DNA of 64,000 nucleotides. Origin: Alphaproteobacteria bacterium (GTDB lineage Bacteria > Pseudomonadota > Alphaproteobacteria > CAAHEQ01 > UBA3637). Below, piece after piece: positions 44,824-56,300 of the stretch (the stretch's first letter is position 1; each line of letters starts with the position of its first letter). Made by a program: the position numbers and the translations under genes. The notes under the pieces are model-generated. The model was not told the origin of the DNA. It saw nothing but the letters and a program-made list of their open reading frames with translations, and searched no databases. The stretch covers positions 77,372 through 141,371 of the forward strand of contig JAZUQR010000010.1 in assembly GCA_045605805.1 (NCBI GenBank), in the 5' to 3' direction.

Positions 44824-45930
44824 TTACACCCGCATTGGCATCAAAACAAATAAAGAAGATGTATCGGCCGCATCTTGCAAAATCACCGGTGACACACCGT
44901 CTTGAAGTGTGATTTTTACATTTTGTCCTTTGATTTGCGCCAAAATATCCAACAGATAACGATAATTGAAACCAATATCCAATTCTTCGTTCATATAGGT
45001 GGCATCCAATTCATCTTCCGCAGAACCTTCATCCACCGCTGTGGCAGACACTTGAAGCAGGTTTTCACGCAAAGATAATTTGATACCTTTGGATTTTTCG
45101 CACACAACGGACACCCGTTCAATAACATCGGCCAACACTTTGGCATCGGCTTCTAATGTTTTATCATTTCCGGTTGGAATTACTTTTTGATAATCCGGAT
45201 ATGTGCCATCCACCAAACGGGAAGACAATTCAATTTCGTTCATTTTGAAACGGATTTGATTGGCCGACAAAGCAATGTGCAGATTTTCCACATTATCCCC
45301 TGCCAATTTTGCCACTTCGCCAATTGTTTTTCTGGGTACAATCACACCAGGGATATCTTTTGCCCCTTCCGGCAGTGTTGTTTTAGAACAGGCCAAACGA
45401 TGACCGTCTGTGGCCACAGCAACCAACATGCCTTCTTTTTCATGCAAATAAATACCGTTCAAATTGTAGCGTGTTTCTTCCAAAGAAACGGCAAAACTTG
45501 TTTGGTTGATAAGAGTCAAAAGCTGTTCGGCCGGCAAATCAAACACAAATGGTGTTTCTTCCTTGGCCATGGAGGGGAATCCTTCCGGCGGAATGCTTGC
45601 CAACGCAAACTTAGAACGCCCAGAGGTGAGATTTACTTGATTTGTTTCTTCCGAAAAAGCCAAACAGACTTGCGCCCCAGACGGCAAGCGACGGACAATA
45701 TCATACAACTTATGTGCCGGCACCGTGATTGCCCCTTCTTCTTCCACTTGGGCCGAGATTTTTTCCGAAATCTCCAATTCATTATCGGTGGCTTTTAACA
45801 AAACGCCTTCTGCGGTTGTTTCAATCAACACATTGGCCAAAATGGGAATTGTTTGACGGCGTTCCACAATGCTTTGTGCGTGTGCTAATGCTTTCAATAA
45901 AGCGTCTTGTTCCACTGTAATTTTCATCAT
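44824..45930 (-). CDS. dnaN: DNA polymerase III beta clamp
   Basis: ERRQTIPILAN, ATDGHRL, DGTYPDY and C-terminal LMPMRV. Start is one of ATG 45936/45930/45927. Confidence 0.97.
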   Translation of the reverse strand: MMKITVEQDALLKALAHAQSIVERRQTIPILANVLIETTAEGVLLKATDNELEISEKISAQVEEEGAITVPAHKLYDIVRRLPSGAQVCLAFSEETNQVNLTSGRSKFALASIPPEGFPSMAKEETPFVFDLPAEQLLTLINQTSFAVSLEETRYNLNGIYLHEKEGMLVAVATDGHRLACSKTTLPEGAKDIPGVIVPRKTIGEVAKLAGDNVENLHIALSANQIRFKMNEIELSSRLVDGTYPDYQKVIPTGNDKTLEADAKVLADVIERVSVVCEKSKGIKLSLRENLLQVSATAVDEGSAEDELDATYMNEELDIGFNYRYLLDILAQIKGQNVKITLQDGVSPVILQDAADTSSLFVLMPMRV

Positions 45931-46076
45931 TTTCATTATCCTTTCTTTTAACTTTGTTTTTCTGAGATTATTGTACCTTATTTTTTTGAAAAAAACCACC
46001 GAAAAAACACTTTTTATATATTTTTCTTTTTTTATTTTGAAAAATCTGTATAATAGAAAAAAACAAGGGGGATTTT

Positions 46077-48395
46077 ATGACCATTCAAACGCTTAAAGAT
46101 GATGATTTATATCGGTTCAGTGCGCTGACGGCTGCCGATATAAAGAAAATTAAACCAAAGGCCACTATCTTGGGCCAAAATCGGGCTGTATCTGCCCTTA
46201 ATTTTGGCATCAATATGCCAGCTAATGGTTATCATGTTTTTTCTGTGGGACCAAAGGGTGTGGGCAGAACTTCTTTAAGTTTGAACATTGTAAAACAGAA
46301 TGCCTTAAAGTTTGATGCCCCTAATGATTGGTGCTATGTCACAAACTTTGATGATTATAACCGCCCTCAGCCCCTTTCTTTTCCTGCGGGACAAGGCAAA
46401 CTTTTTGCCCAAGATATGAACAAAGCGGCCTTGGAAATTAAACAAAAACTGGCTGTCACTTTTAATGATGAGGCTTATAAAATTGAGTTGGCTCACATTG
46501 AACAAGAGTTTGCCGCAGAAAAAGAATCTTATTTTCAAAAGCTGCACAAAGTTGTGGCCACAGATTATGTCACTTTATCCCGCCTTCCTTCTGGTTTAGT
46601 GGTGGCGCCTGTTGTTAAAGGACAAACTTTGAATCCAGACCAATTTAATGCCTTGCCCTTAAAAACACGCAAGATGATTTTGAATCAAATGAAGGCTGCA
46701 CAAGAACGATTGGAACAGGCCTTAAAAAATACGCCCGAATGGCAATTGTTGCAAGCCCAAAAAGTGATGGCGCTTAAACAGCATCTGATTGCACAGATTT
46801 TGAACACTCATTTGAAAAAAATTATTAAAACTTATGCGTCTTGCCCTTGTGTATCGGCTTATTTAACGGCTGTTCAAAATTATTTATTGGATAACATTGC
46901 TTTTGTTGTGCCGGATAAAACTGTTCCTGCCGATCAAATACGCCTTTTTTGGTCCAGATTGGCTGTGAATCCTTTTGTTTTGAATGACCCCAAAAAAGGG
47001 GCCCCAGTGGTTCATTTAAGTCGGCCTACCATTCCTCATTTACTGGGGCGCATTGAACGAGTGCCTGTGGGTGGTTCATTGATGACTGATCATTCCATGA
47101 TTCATGCGGGAGCTTTACATCAAGCCAATGGCGGTATTTTAGTGATAGAGGCACAAGAGTTTTTAGATTCCCCCCAATTATGGCCTTTATTAAAGCGGGC
47201 CTTATTTTCGGCTCAGATTAAAATGGATGCCGGTGATGAAACCAGCATTTTTACCAATATGACATTGGATCCCTTGCCCATTCCATTGTCTATTAAAGTT
47301 GTGTTGGTGGGAGATTCTCATTTGTATACCGCACTCAGCAGTAAAGACAGTGAGTTTTCTCAATTATTTAAGTTAGAAGCTCAATTTACCGAAAAAACAA
47401 CACGGACAACCGATTTAGAAAAAGTATATATTGCCTCGTTGATGGATTTTCGTGTGCAACACAAGTTATTGCCTTTTGCACCAACTACATTGAAAATCTT
47501 GGTTGAAATGGCAGCCAGAAAGGCTCAGGATAAAAACAGTTTAACCATGCATGTTGTCTATATTCACGATTTAATGCGAGAGGCCGATTTTGAAGCCAGA
47601 ACTTTGGGTGCTAAAACCGTCACGCCTGCCCATTTGGAACATGCTTTGGTTCAACGCTATTATCGCTTGGGCGCGCCGCAAGAAGAAATGATGAAGGCCA
47701 TTAAAAGCGGCACGCTTCAAATTCAAACAGACGGCTTAAAGGTTGGACAATTGAATTCGTTGGTGATTCATCAATATGGTTCGTTTTCGTTTGGACGGCC
47801 GTCCCGAGTGACCTGTCAAATTCGCTTGGGCAGCGGAAAAGTGACCGATATTGAACGAGAAGTTTCTTTGGGCGGTGCTTTACATACCAAAGGCGTTTTG
47901 ATTTTGGCGGCTTATTTGGCCGGCACCTATGGTCGGGATATGCCTTTGCCTGTGGATGCCAGCTTGGTGATGGAACAATCCTATAACGAAATTGATGGGG
48001 ATTCAGCCAGTGCAGCGGAACTTTATACTTTATTATCTGCTATTTCTGATGTGCCTTTGAACCAATCTATTGCTGTGACGGGAGCCATCAACCAATTAGG
48101 CGAAGTGTTGGCTGTGGGGGCTGTGAATGAAAAAATTGAAGGCTATTTTGATGTGTGTGTTCAAAAAGGCTTGACAGGACATCAAGGGGTGATTATTCCC
48201 AAAGCGGTTGTGCAATCGTTGATGTTGGATGAACGGGTCAGAAATGCGGTTGATAACAAACAATTCCATTTGTGGGCGGTGGATACCGTTGATGAAGGGA
48301 TGCAGATTTTAACCGGATTGACTCCGGCACAATTCAAAAAACGTCTTACCAAACGCTTGGCCGAGTTCACCGCAAAAGCCAAAAAAGCAAAATAA
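46077..48395 (+). CDS. Lon-like (LonC/AAA_32) S16 serine protease
   Basis: GQNRA, GALHQANGG, IERE..LGG, DGDSAS (catalytic Ser) and NEKIEG (Lys). Confidence 0.88.
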   Translation: MTIQTLKDDDLYRFSALTAADIKKIKPKATILGQNRAVSALNFGINMPANGYHVFSVGPKGVGRTSLSLNIVKQNALKFDAPNDWCYVTNFDDYNRPQPLSFPAGQGKLFAQDMNKAALEIKQKLAVTFNDEAYKIELAHIEQEFAAEKESYFQKLHKVVATDYVTLSRLPSGLVVAPVVKGQTLNPDQFNALPLKTRKMILNQMKAAQERLEQALKNTPEWQLLQAQKVMALKQHLIAQILNTHLKKIIKTYASCPCVSAYLTAVQNYLLDNIAFVVPDKTVPADQIRLFWSRLAVNPFVLNDPKKGAPVVHLSRPTIPHLLGRIERVPVGGSLMTDHSMIHAGALHQANGGILVIEAQEFLDSPQLWPLLKRALFSAQIKMDAGDETSIFTNMTLDPLPIPLSIKVVLVGDSHLYTALSSKDSEFSQLFKLEAQFTEKTTRTTDLEKVYIASLMDFRVQHKLLPFAPTTLKILVEMAARKAQDKNSLTMHVVYIHDLMREADFEARTLGAKTVTPAHLEHALVQRYYRLGAPQEEMMKAIKSGTLQIQTDGLKVGQLNSLVIHQYGSFSFGRPSRVTCQIRLGSGKVTDIEREVSLGGALHTKGVLILAAYLAGTYGRDMPLPVDASLVMEQSYNEIDGDSASAAELYTLLSAISDVPLNQSIAVTGAINQLGEVLAVGAVNEKIEGYFDVCVQKGLTGHQGVIIPKAVVQSLMLDERVRNAVDNKQFHLWAVDTVDEGMQILTGLTPAQFKKRLTKRLAEFTAKAKKAK

Positions 48396-48407
48396 GTTTT
48401 CATCTTA

Positions 48408-48456
48408 CAAAAAAACACCCTGTGCGATGACAGGGTGTCTTTGTTTTGTTTTGCTT
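48408..48456. terminator. Bidirectional terminator, copy 1 of a duplicated element
   Basis: ACACCCTGT-GCGATG-ACAGGGTGT hairpin with flanking A/T tracts. Confidence 0.85.
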
Positions 48457-48859
48457 ATTTTTCTGAGGTTTTATCCAGATTCATCATAATATCATTCTCT
48501 TTGAATGTCCACATTGCCCCAGTTGCAGGGTCAACAATTAACGCTCCAATTAATCCACCAAAAATTATATTTCCCCAATACCATCCGTTCATTCGTGTTT
48601 CTAAAACTTTTTCTGTTGGTGTATAACCTTTCTTTTCGGCTTTAATTGTATATGTTTCCCCTGAAAAAAAACCACGTTTTTTATCCAATGACAAAGAAAT
48701 CGGGGCCTGTCCTGAATAAACAGTTTTGTTTTTACTATCTGTGATTTTTAATGAGGTTTTAGGCGCATTACTGTTAAAAGATACTGTTTCATATTGAGAA
48801 TCAACGATTGAACAGCATCCCGACAACAATAATAAGCTGAGAATTAAAGATGTTTTCAT
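48455..48859 (-). CDS. Small lipoprotein (conserved hypothetical, PEGA-like)
   Basis: Lipobox LSGC; NGWYWGNIIFGGLIG..VDPATGAMW motif. Confidence 0.8.
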   Translation of the reverse strand: MKTSLILSLLLLSGCCSIVDSQYETVSFNSNAPKTSLKITDSKNKTVYSGQAPISLSLDKKRGFFSGETYTIKAEKKGYTPTEKVLETRMNGWYWGNIIFGGLIGALIVDPATGAMWTFKENDIMMNLDKTSEK

Positions 48860-48878
48860 TTTCTTCTTCCTTTCTTAT

Positions 48879-48903
48879 AAAAAAAACGCCTTGATGAGAG
48901 GCG
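48879..48903 (-). terminator. Leader attenuator hairpin just upstream of the lipoprotein RBS
   Basis: Minus strand CGCC-TCTCATCAA-GGCG followed by T8. Confidence 0.55.
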
Positions 48904-49055
48904 GTTGGAAGTTAGAAAACTATCAACAGAATAGCGTCACATATTCGGATTAAACCTTATTTTGCAACCTTCCAACCCTTTAAGGTTGGAGTTTTACATC
49001 CTTTCAGATGCTGTTGAGAGGTTTTCTAAGCCTCGGAACAGGAATCGCCTGTTCC
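48900..49055 (-). ncRNA. C4/CI antisense-RNA-like structured element with upstream complementary target
   Basis: Closing stem GGUUGGAAG/CUUCCAACC, two internal hairpins, and loop UCUGUUG plus bulge UUUCUAA complementary to upstream UUAGAAA..CAACAG (49011-49029). Confidence 0.6.
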
Positions 49056-49061
49056 AAAATA

Positions 49062-49090
49062 AGTTTACTCGTTTTCTTCTTAATTGTCAA
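49062..49090 (-). promoter_or_regulatory. Promoter of the C4-like/lipoprotein cassette
   Basis: Minus strand TTGACA-17 bp-TAAACT. Confidence 0.65.
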
Positions 49091-49110
49091 GATGCCCTTT
49101 ATTCTATATA

Positions 49111-49156
49111 ACAAAACACCCTGTGCGATGACAGGGTGTTTTTGTTTTTTTGCTTT
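49111..49156 (-). terminator. rpoC terminator, copy 2 of the duplicated element
   Basis: 27 bp identical to 48412-48438, plus a similar T-rich flank. Confidence 0.85.
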
Positions 49157-52100
49157 TATGCTTCGGCAGGGTTTGCCGTTTCTTTGTTGCGAGCATCCAA
49201 AACCTCTTGGTCTTTGATGGCTGCTTCGGCACGCAAACGCTTGATTTGTGCGCCTGTTCCGGCAGGAATCAAACGACCCACAATCACATTTTCTTTCAAT
49301 CCTTTTAATGGATCTCTGCGTCCGGCTGTTGCCGCTTCCGTCAACACACGAGTTGTTTCTTGGAAGGATGCGCCTGCGATAAAGGATGGTGTTTGCAAGC
49401 TGGACTTTGTAATACCAGACAGCACTGGGGTCACTTTGGCAGGCTTACCGCCAGCGGCCAACGCTTTTTGGTTTTCGTTCAACAATGCGTCTTTATCTAC
49501 TTGTTCACCCAACAACAATGTTGTATCTCCGGCATCGGTGACTTCCAATTTACGCATCATTTGGCGGATAATCACTTCAATGTGCTTATCATTGATTTTC
49601 ACACCCTGCAAGCGATAGACTGATTGAATTTCTTTAATCAGGTATTTTGCCAAGGCTTCCACGCCCAATACACGCAAGATATCGGCAGGCACCAAGTCGC
49701 CTTCAACAATTTCATCACCCTTATGGATTGTATCCCCATCATAAACTGTGGGTGTTTTTCCTTTTGGAATGATATAGCTGTGTTTCTTGCCTTCTTCATC
49801 AATGATGGACATAATGCGTTTTGTTTGGAACTCTTCGCCCAATTCAACTTGTCCGTCTTGTTCGGCAATGATGGCGGCATCTTTTGGACGACGGGCTTCA
49901 AACAATTCACTCACCCGTGGCAAACCACCGGTAATATCTTTTGTTTTTGAATCACGAGGAATCAACGCCAACACATCCCCTTCATGTAATTCTTGCCCAT
50001 CATTCACTGTGATGATAGCCCCTTTTGGTAAGTACACCCGCACATCGGCATTTTTGGCATTTTTCACCACTTCACCTTTTTCATTCAATAAGGTAATATG
50101 CGGACGCAAGGCACGAGCAGAAGCAGATTTTTCGGATTCCATAATCACTTTTTCCGTTAAACCTGTTCCCATATCTGTTCTTTCATCCAATGTTTTACCA
50201 ACAATCATATCTTGGTATTTCACACGACCGGAAGCATCGGCAATAATCGGGCTTGAATATGGATCCCATTCCACCAAGCGAGTGCCTTTTTTCACTTCTT
50301 GTCCGTCTGTCACCATGATTTTGGACCCATAGATGAGTTTATGACGCGCTTTTTCACGGCCGTTTTTATCCACCAACACCATTTCGCAGTTTCTGGACAA
50401 CACAACGGTATCTCCGTTAGAGTTTGTCACATTGTTGGCGTTTTCCAAATGAACTGTGGCTTCAAATGCAGCATCAATGGCTGATTCTGCCCCACGCTGT
50501 GCTGTACCACCAACGTGGAAGGTACGCATGGTCAACTGAGTACCCGGTTCACCAATGGATTGTCCGGCAATTGTCCCAACAGCTTCGCCCAAGCTGACCA
50601 ATGTGCCACGAGCCAAATCACGCCCATAACATTTGGCACAGATGCCATCTTCGGCTTCACAAGTTAAAACAGAACGAATCTTCACTGTATCAATGCCCAC
50701 ATTATCAATGGTATTGACATCTGATTCATCAATCAATTTACCTTTGGCAAGCAACACTTCGCCTGTGGTTGGGTGTTTAATATCTTCTGCCAAAGTGCGC
50801 CCCAAAATCTGATCCCCAGTGGAAGAAATCACATCACCACCTTCAACAATCGGGCGGACGGTAATGCCATTTTCTGTGCCACAATCTTCCATTGTAATAA
50901 CGGCATCTTGTGCCACGCCCACCAATTTACGGGTCAAATAACCAGAGGAAGCTGTTTTCAAAGCCGTATCGGCCAAACCCTTACGGGCACCGTGTGTGGA
51001 AATAAAGTATTCCATCACCGTTAAACCTTCCTTAAAGTTAGAACGAATTGGGGTTTCAATAATGTCTCCGTTTGGTTTGGCCATCAAACCACGCATACCA
51101 CCCAACTGGCGCATCTGGGTTTGAGAACCACGAGCCCCAGAGTCGGCCATCATATACACCGAGTTCACTGGTTTGCCGGCTTCCGATTTGGACATTTCGG
51201 CCATCATCTCTTTACCAACGGCATCATTACAAATTGACCAAGCATCCACCACTTTGTTGTATTTTTCCAAACGAGTGATTAAACCATCTTGGTATTGTTG
51301 TTCGTATTCTTGTGTTTTGGCTTCTGTTTCGGCCATCAATTTCTTTTTGGCAGGTGGCACAATCATGTCATCCTTACCAAACGAAATGCCCGCCAACGCA
51401 GCATATTTGAAGCCCAAATCTTTCACTTTGTCGGCAAAAAGGCATGTTTCTTGCTGACCACAATGATGATAGACTTCGCCAATGATGTCGCTGATATCCT
51501 TTTTCTTCAACAATTTGTTGATCAACTTGAACGGAATCTTATCCGAATCAGGCAAAATTGTGGAGATAATCACACGCCCTGGTGTTGTTTCAACCACTTT
51601 TGTGACTTTTTCCCCGTTTTCTTCCATAATTGGCATCCGAACTTTAATCTTGGCTTGTAAGGAGACTTCGTGATTGAACAAAGCGTGTTCAATTTCCTGC
51701 GGACATGAGAAAATCATCCCTTCGCCTTTTTCACCGTCTTTTTGCATGGACAAGTAATACAAGCCCAGCACCATATCCTGTGACGGTTCAATAATCGGTT
51801 TACCAGATGCAGGAGACAAAATGTTGTTTGTTGCCATCATCAACACACGAGCTTCTAATTGAGCTTCTGTGGACAAGGGTACATGCACCGCCATTTGGTC
51901 ACCGTCAAAGTCAGCGTTAAAGGCTTTACAGGCCAATGGGTGCAATTGAATAGCTTTCCCTTCAATCAACACCGGTTCAAAAGCCTGAATACCCAAACGG
52001 TGCAAGGTTGGCGCACGGTTCAACAATACAGGGTGTTCATGAATCACTTCGGACAAGATATCCCACACCACAGGGATTTCTTTTTCCACCATTTTCTTGG

Positions 52101-53292
52101 CAGCCTTAATTGTATTCGCATGACCGTATTGTTCCAACTTTGCATAGATAAATGGTTTGAACAATTCCAACGCAATGCGTTTGGGCAACCCACATTGGTG
52201 CAGTTTTAATTCCGGACCCACTGTAATCACAGAACGGGCCGAATAGTCCACACGTTTACCCAACAAGTTTTGACGGAAACGACCTTGTTTACCTTTTAAC
52301 ATATCCGCCAAAGATTTGAGTGGGCGTTTATTTGTGCCAGTGACTGCACGACCACGACGACCGTTATCAAACAACGCATCCACCGCTTCTTGCAACATCC
52401 GTTTTTCGTTGCGAATGATGATTTCTGGCGCACGCAATTCCAACAATCTTTTCAAACGATTGTTGCGGTTGATGACACGACGGTATAAGTCGTTCAAATC
52501 AGATGTCGCAAAACGACCGCCATCCAATGGAACTAATGGACGCAATTCCGGAGGAATCACAGGTAATACATCCAAAACCATCCATTCCGGACGAGAACCA
52601 GATTCCAAGAAGGCTTCCACCAATTTTAATTTTTTAATAATTTTTTTGCGTTTCATATCCGATTTTGTTTCAATCAATTCGGCACGCAAGTTTTTGGCTT
52701 CGGTACTTAAATCAATTTGACTTAACAATTCTTTAATGGCTTCGGCCCCAATGCCCACACGGAAAGAATCTTCACCATATTCTTCCAAGGCTTGGTTATA
52801 TTGTTCTTCTGTCAATAATTCCATTTGTTTCAATGGTGTTAAACCTGGTTCAATCACAATGTATTTTTCAAAATATAACACTGCTTCCAATTGTTTTAAC
52901 ATCATATCCAACAAGGTGCCAATACGGCTTGGCAATGATTTTAAGAACCAAATGTGTGTCACCGGTGAGGCCAAGTCAATATGCCCCATGCGTTCACGAC
53001 GCACTTTGGACAATGTCACTTCCACACCACATTTTTCACAGATAATTCCCCGATATTTCATGCGTTTATATTTACCGCACAAACATTCATAGTCCTTCAC
53101 GGGACCAAAGATTTTGGCACAGAATAATCCGTCTTTTTCGGGTTTGAATGTCCGATAGTTGATTGTTTCCGGATGTGTCACTTCACCAAAGGACCAGCTG
53201 CGGATTTTTTCCGGAGAGGCAATAGAAATCCGAATGTCGTCAAACATTTGTGGCGACGGCATTTGACCAAAAGTTTTAATCAGTTCGTTCAT
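49156..53292 (-). CDS. rpoC: RNA polymerase beta' subunit
   Basis: NADFDGD, Zn-finger cysteines and [13 protein letters not shown]. Confidence 0.99.
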   Translation of the reverse strand: MNELIKTFGQMPSPQMFDDIRISIASPEKIRSWSFGEVTHPETINYRTFKPEKDGLFCAKIFGPVKDYECLCGKYKRMKYRGIICEKCGVEVTLSKVRRERMGHIDLASPVTHIWFLKSLPSRIGTLLDMMLKQLEAVLYFEKYIVIEPGLTPLKQMELLTEEQYNQALEEYGEDSFRVGIGAEAIKELLSQIDLSTEAKNLRAELIETKSDMKRKKIIKKLKLVEAFLESGSRPEWMVLDVLPVIPPELRPLVPLDGGRFATSDLNDLYRRVINRNNRLKRLLELRAPEIIIRNEKRMLQEAVDALFDNGRRGRAVTGTNKRPLKSLADMLKGKQGRFRQNLLGKRVDYSARSVITVGPELKLHQCGLPKRIALELFKPFIYAKLEQYGHANTIKAAKKMVEKEIPVVWDILSEVIHEHPVLLNRAPTLHRLGIQAFEPVLIEGKAIQLHPLACKAFNADFDGDQMAVHVPLSTEAQLEARVLMMATNNILSPASGKPIIEPSQDMVLGLYYLSMQKDGEKGEGMIFSCPQEIEHALFNHEVSLQAKIKVRMPIMEENGEKVTKVVETTPGRVIISTILPDSDKIPFKLINKLLKKKDISDIIGEVYHHCGQQETCLFADKVKDLGFKYAALAGISFGKDDMIVPPAKKKLMAETEAKTQEYEQQYQDGLITRLEKYNKVVDAWSICNDAVGKEMMAEMSKSEAGKPVNSVYMMADSGARGSQTQMRQLGGMRGLMAKPNGDIIETPIRSNFKEGLTVMEYFISTHGARKGLADTALKTASSGYLTRKLVGVAQDAVITMEDCGTENGITVRPIVEGGDVISSTGDQILGRTLAEDIKHPTTGEVLLAKGKLIDESDVNTIDNVGIDTVKIRSVLTCEAEDGICAKCYGRDLARGTLVSLGEAVGTIAGQSIGEPGTQLTMRTFHVGGTAQRGAESAIDAAFEATVHLENANNVTNSNGDTVVLSRNCEMVLVDKNGREKARHKLIYGSKIMVTDGQEVKKGTRLVEWDPYSSPIIADASGRVKYQDMIVGKTLDERTDMGTGLTEKVIMESEKSASARALRPHITLLNEKGEVVKNAKNADVRVYLPKGAIITVNDGQELHEGDVLALIPRDSKTKDITGGLPRVSELFEARRPKDAAIIAEQDGQVELGEEFQTKRIMSIIDEEGKKHSYIIPKGKTPTVYDGDTIHKGDEIVEGDLVPADILRVLGVEALAKYLIKEIQSVYRLQGVKINDKHIEVIIRQMMRKLEVTDAGDTTLLLGEQVDKDALLNENQKALAAGGKPAKVTPVLSGITKSSLQTPSFIAGASFQETTRVLTEAATAGRRDPLKGLKENVIVGRLIPAGTGAQIKRLRAEAAIKDQEVLDARNKETANPAEA

Positions 53293-53309
53293 TTTACTTT
53301 CTCCTCTTC

Positions 53310-56300
53310 TTACTGTTCGTTTTGATTGAGTTCAACATCTAAGCCCAAAGAACGCATTTCTTTGACCAACACATTGAAGGATTCAGGAATACCCGCTTCA
53401 AAACTGGTATCCCCACGGATAATGGCCTCATAGGCTTTCACACGGCCAGACACATCGTCAGACTTGATGGTTAGCATTTCTTGTAAGGTATATGCCGCAC
53501 CATAGGCTTCCAAAGCCCACACTTCCATTTCACCAAAGCGTTGACCACCAAATTGAGCCTTACCGCCCAAAGGTTGTTGTGTGACCAAGCTGTACGGCCC
53601 AATGGAACGAGCGTGAATCTTTTCATCCACCAAGTGGTGTAATTTCAACATATACATATAACCAATTGTCACTTTGCGTTCAAATGGTTCACCTGTACGG
53701 CCATCAAACAATGTCACCTGACCAGAAACATCCAAGCCGGCTTTTTTCAACATGGCATCAATATCTTCTTGATGCGCCCCGTCAAACACAGGGGTTGCAA
53801 TTGGCATTCCGTCTTTCAAGTTAGCGGCCATCTTCATCACATCTTCGTCATTCAATTCAGCCACTTTGGCGTTGTATTCTTTATCGCCATAGACATCTTT
53901 TAATTTGGCACGCAAATCTTCTACTTTGGCAGTGTTCGCTTTTACTTGCTTCACCACTTCGTTGATTTGCTCGCCCAATTTATGACAGGCATAGCCCAAG
54001 TGTGTTTCCAAAATCTGACCCACATTCATACGAGACGGCACACCCAATGGATTCAATACGATATCCACAGGCTTGCCATCGGCTGTGTAAGGCATATCTT
54101 CAATCGGCAACACCCGAGAAACCACACCTTTGTTTCCGTGACGACCGGACATTTTATCACCCAATTGCAACTTCATTTTTGTGGCCACAAAGACACGAAT
54201 CTTTTTCAATTCGCCCGCCATCATATCATCGCCTCGTTGCAATTTTTCAACTTTGTTTTCAAACTTGGATTGCAAGACACGTTCGCCTTCGTCCAATGTT
54301 TGAATCAATTGTTCCATTTCGGCCATTACTTTGTCATCAGCAACATTGATTTTGCGCAACGCTACATCGTTTAATTCTTGTAAATCTTCGGCCGTTAGCA
54401 CATCGCCTTTTTTGAACTTATCGGCTTTGGAAACAGTTTGTCCAACCAACAGCTGACGGGCACGGTATGCAAAGTTGCCTTCCAAAATGGCTTTTTCATC
54501 ATCTCTGTCTTTGGCCAATTTGCTGATTTCAGCTTGTTCAATGGCCAAGGCCCGTTCATCTTTTTCCAAACCACGACGGGTAAAGACACGCACATCCACA
54601 ACTGTTCCGGATACACCAGGCGGCACACGCAACGAGCTGTCACGCACATCAGCGGCTTTTTCACCAAAGATTGTTCTTAACAGTTTTTCTTCCGGTGTCA
54701 TCACTGTTTCGCCTTTTGGTGTCACACGGCCAACCAAAATGTCACCCGCTTTCACTTCGGCACCCACATAAATCACACCTGTTTCGTCCAAGTTGCGCAA
54801 GGCATCTTCACCCACATTTGGAATATCTCGGGTGATTTCTTCTTGACCCAACTTTGTGTCACGAGCTGTTATTTCATATTCACGAATATGAATAGATGTA
54901 AAGACATCATCACGGGCAATGCGTTCAGAAATCAAAATAGCATCTTCGTAGTTATAACCGTTCCATGGCATAAAGGCCACCAACACATTACGACCCAAAG
55001 CCAATTCGCCCATTTCTGTACAAGCACCATCAGCAATGATTTCGCCCTTTTCAACTTTATCCCCAGTATGGACAAGTGGTTCTTGTGTCATACATGTGTC
55101 CACATTAGACCGTTGGAACTTACCTAAACGATAAATATCCACACCCGAAGCATGTGTGTCAACTTCTTCTGTTGCCCGAATCACAATACGGGAAGAATCA
55201 ACGAATTCCACCACACCAGAGCGTTTTGCGGTTAAAGCAGCACGAGAATCTTTGGCAACCATCAATTCCATGCCTGTACCAACCAATGGCGATTGGTTCT
55301 TCAACAAAGGGACCCCTTGCTTTTGCATGTTAGAACCCATCAACGCACGGTTAGCGTCATCGTTTTCCAAGAATGGAATCAAGCTGGCAGCGGCCGATAC
55401 AATCTGGCGGGCAATCAAGTCAATGAAGTCCACTTCTTCCGGACGCACCATTGTCACTTCGCCATCACGACGGGCTGTCACCATTTCTTCAATCAACTCC
55501 CCTTTTTCGTTTTTCAACGAGTTGGCTTGAGCAATTGTATATTTGGATTCTTCCATTGCTGTCATATACACAACTTCATCTGTCACCTTTTTATCAACCA
55601 CTTTGCGGTATGGTGTTTCAATGAACCCATATTCATCCACTTTGGCATAGGTGGCCAACGAGTTAATCAACCCAATGTTTTGGCCTTCCGGTGTTTCAAT
55701 TGGACAGATACGCCCATAGTGTGTTGGGTGTACGTCACGCACTTCCATACCCGCACGATCCCGTGTTAAACCACCAGGACCTAATGCAGACAAACGGCGT
55801 TTGTGTGTAATTTCTGACAACGGATTGTTTTGATCCATAAATTGGCTTAATTGGCTGGACGCAAAAAACTCACGCACTGCGGTGGACAATGGTTTTGCAT
55901 TCACCAAATCAGACGGCATCACTGTATCAATATCGCTGGATGTCATATGTTCACGAATCAAGCGTTCCATACGCAACAAGCCAATACGATATTGGTTTTC
56001 CATCAATTCGCCCACAGGACGCACACGACGGTTGCCCAAGTTATCAATATCATCCACATTCCCCAAACCATCTTTGATTTGTGTCAAGATTTTCATCACG
56101 CCCAACACATCTTCTTTGCGTAAGATACGCATGGTTGGCGGCACTTCTTCGTTGGAAACACCCAAACGAGCATTCAACTTTACACGACCAACGGCCGATA
56201 AATCATAATGTTCCGGATTGAAAATCATATTCCGGAAACGTTGGTCGGCTGTTTCAACAGCAGGTAATTCACCCGGATTCATAATCTTATAGATATCAAT

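Noticed and set aside
45937-46076. oriC upstream of dnaN
   Set aside because: AT-rich, but no DnaA boxes seen and dnaA is not adjacent; it reads as a divergent promoter region.
49008-49217. 69-aa plus-strand ORF across the cassette promoter
   Set aside because: No clear RBS, overlaps the terminator and the end of rpoC antisense; the region is better explained as a minus-strand promoter and RNA leader.
55780-55870. Rifampicin-resistance substitutions in rpoB (and a macrolide site change in 23S near 63856-63869)
   Set aside because: The RRDR residues and the GACGGAAAGACCCC sequence look wild type.
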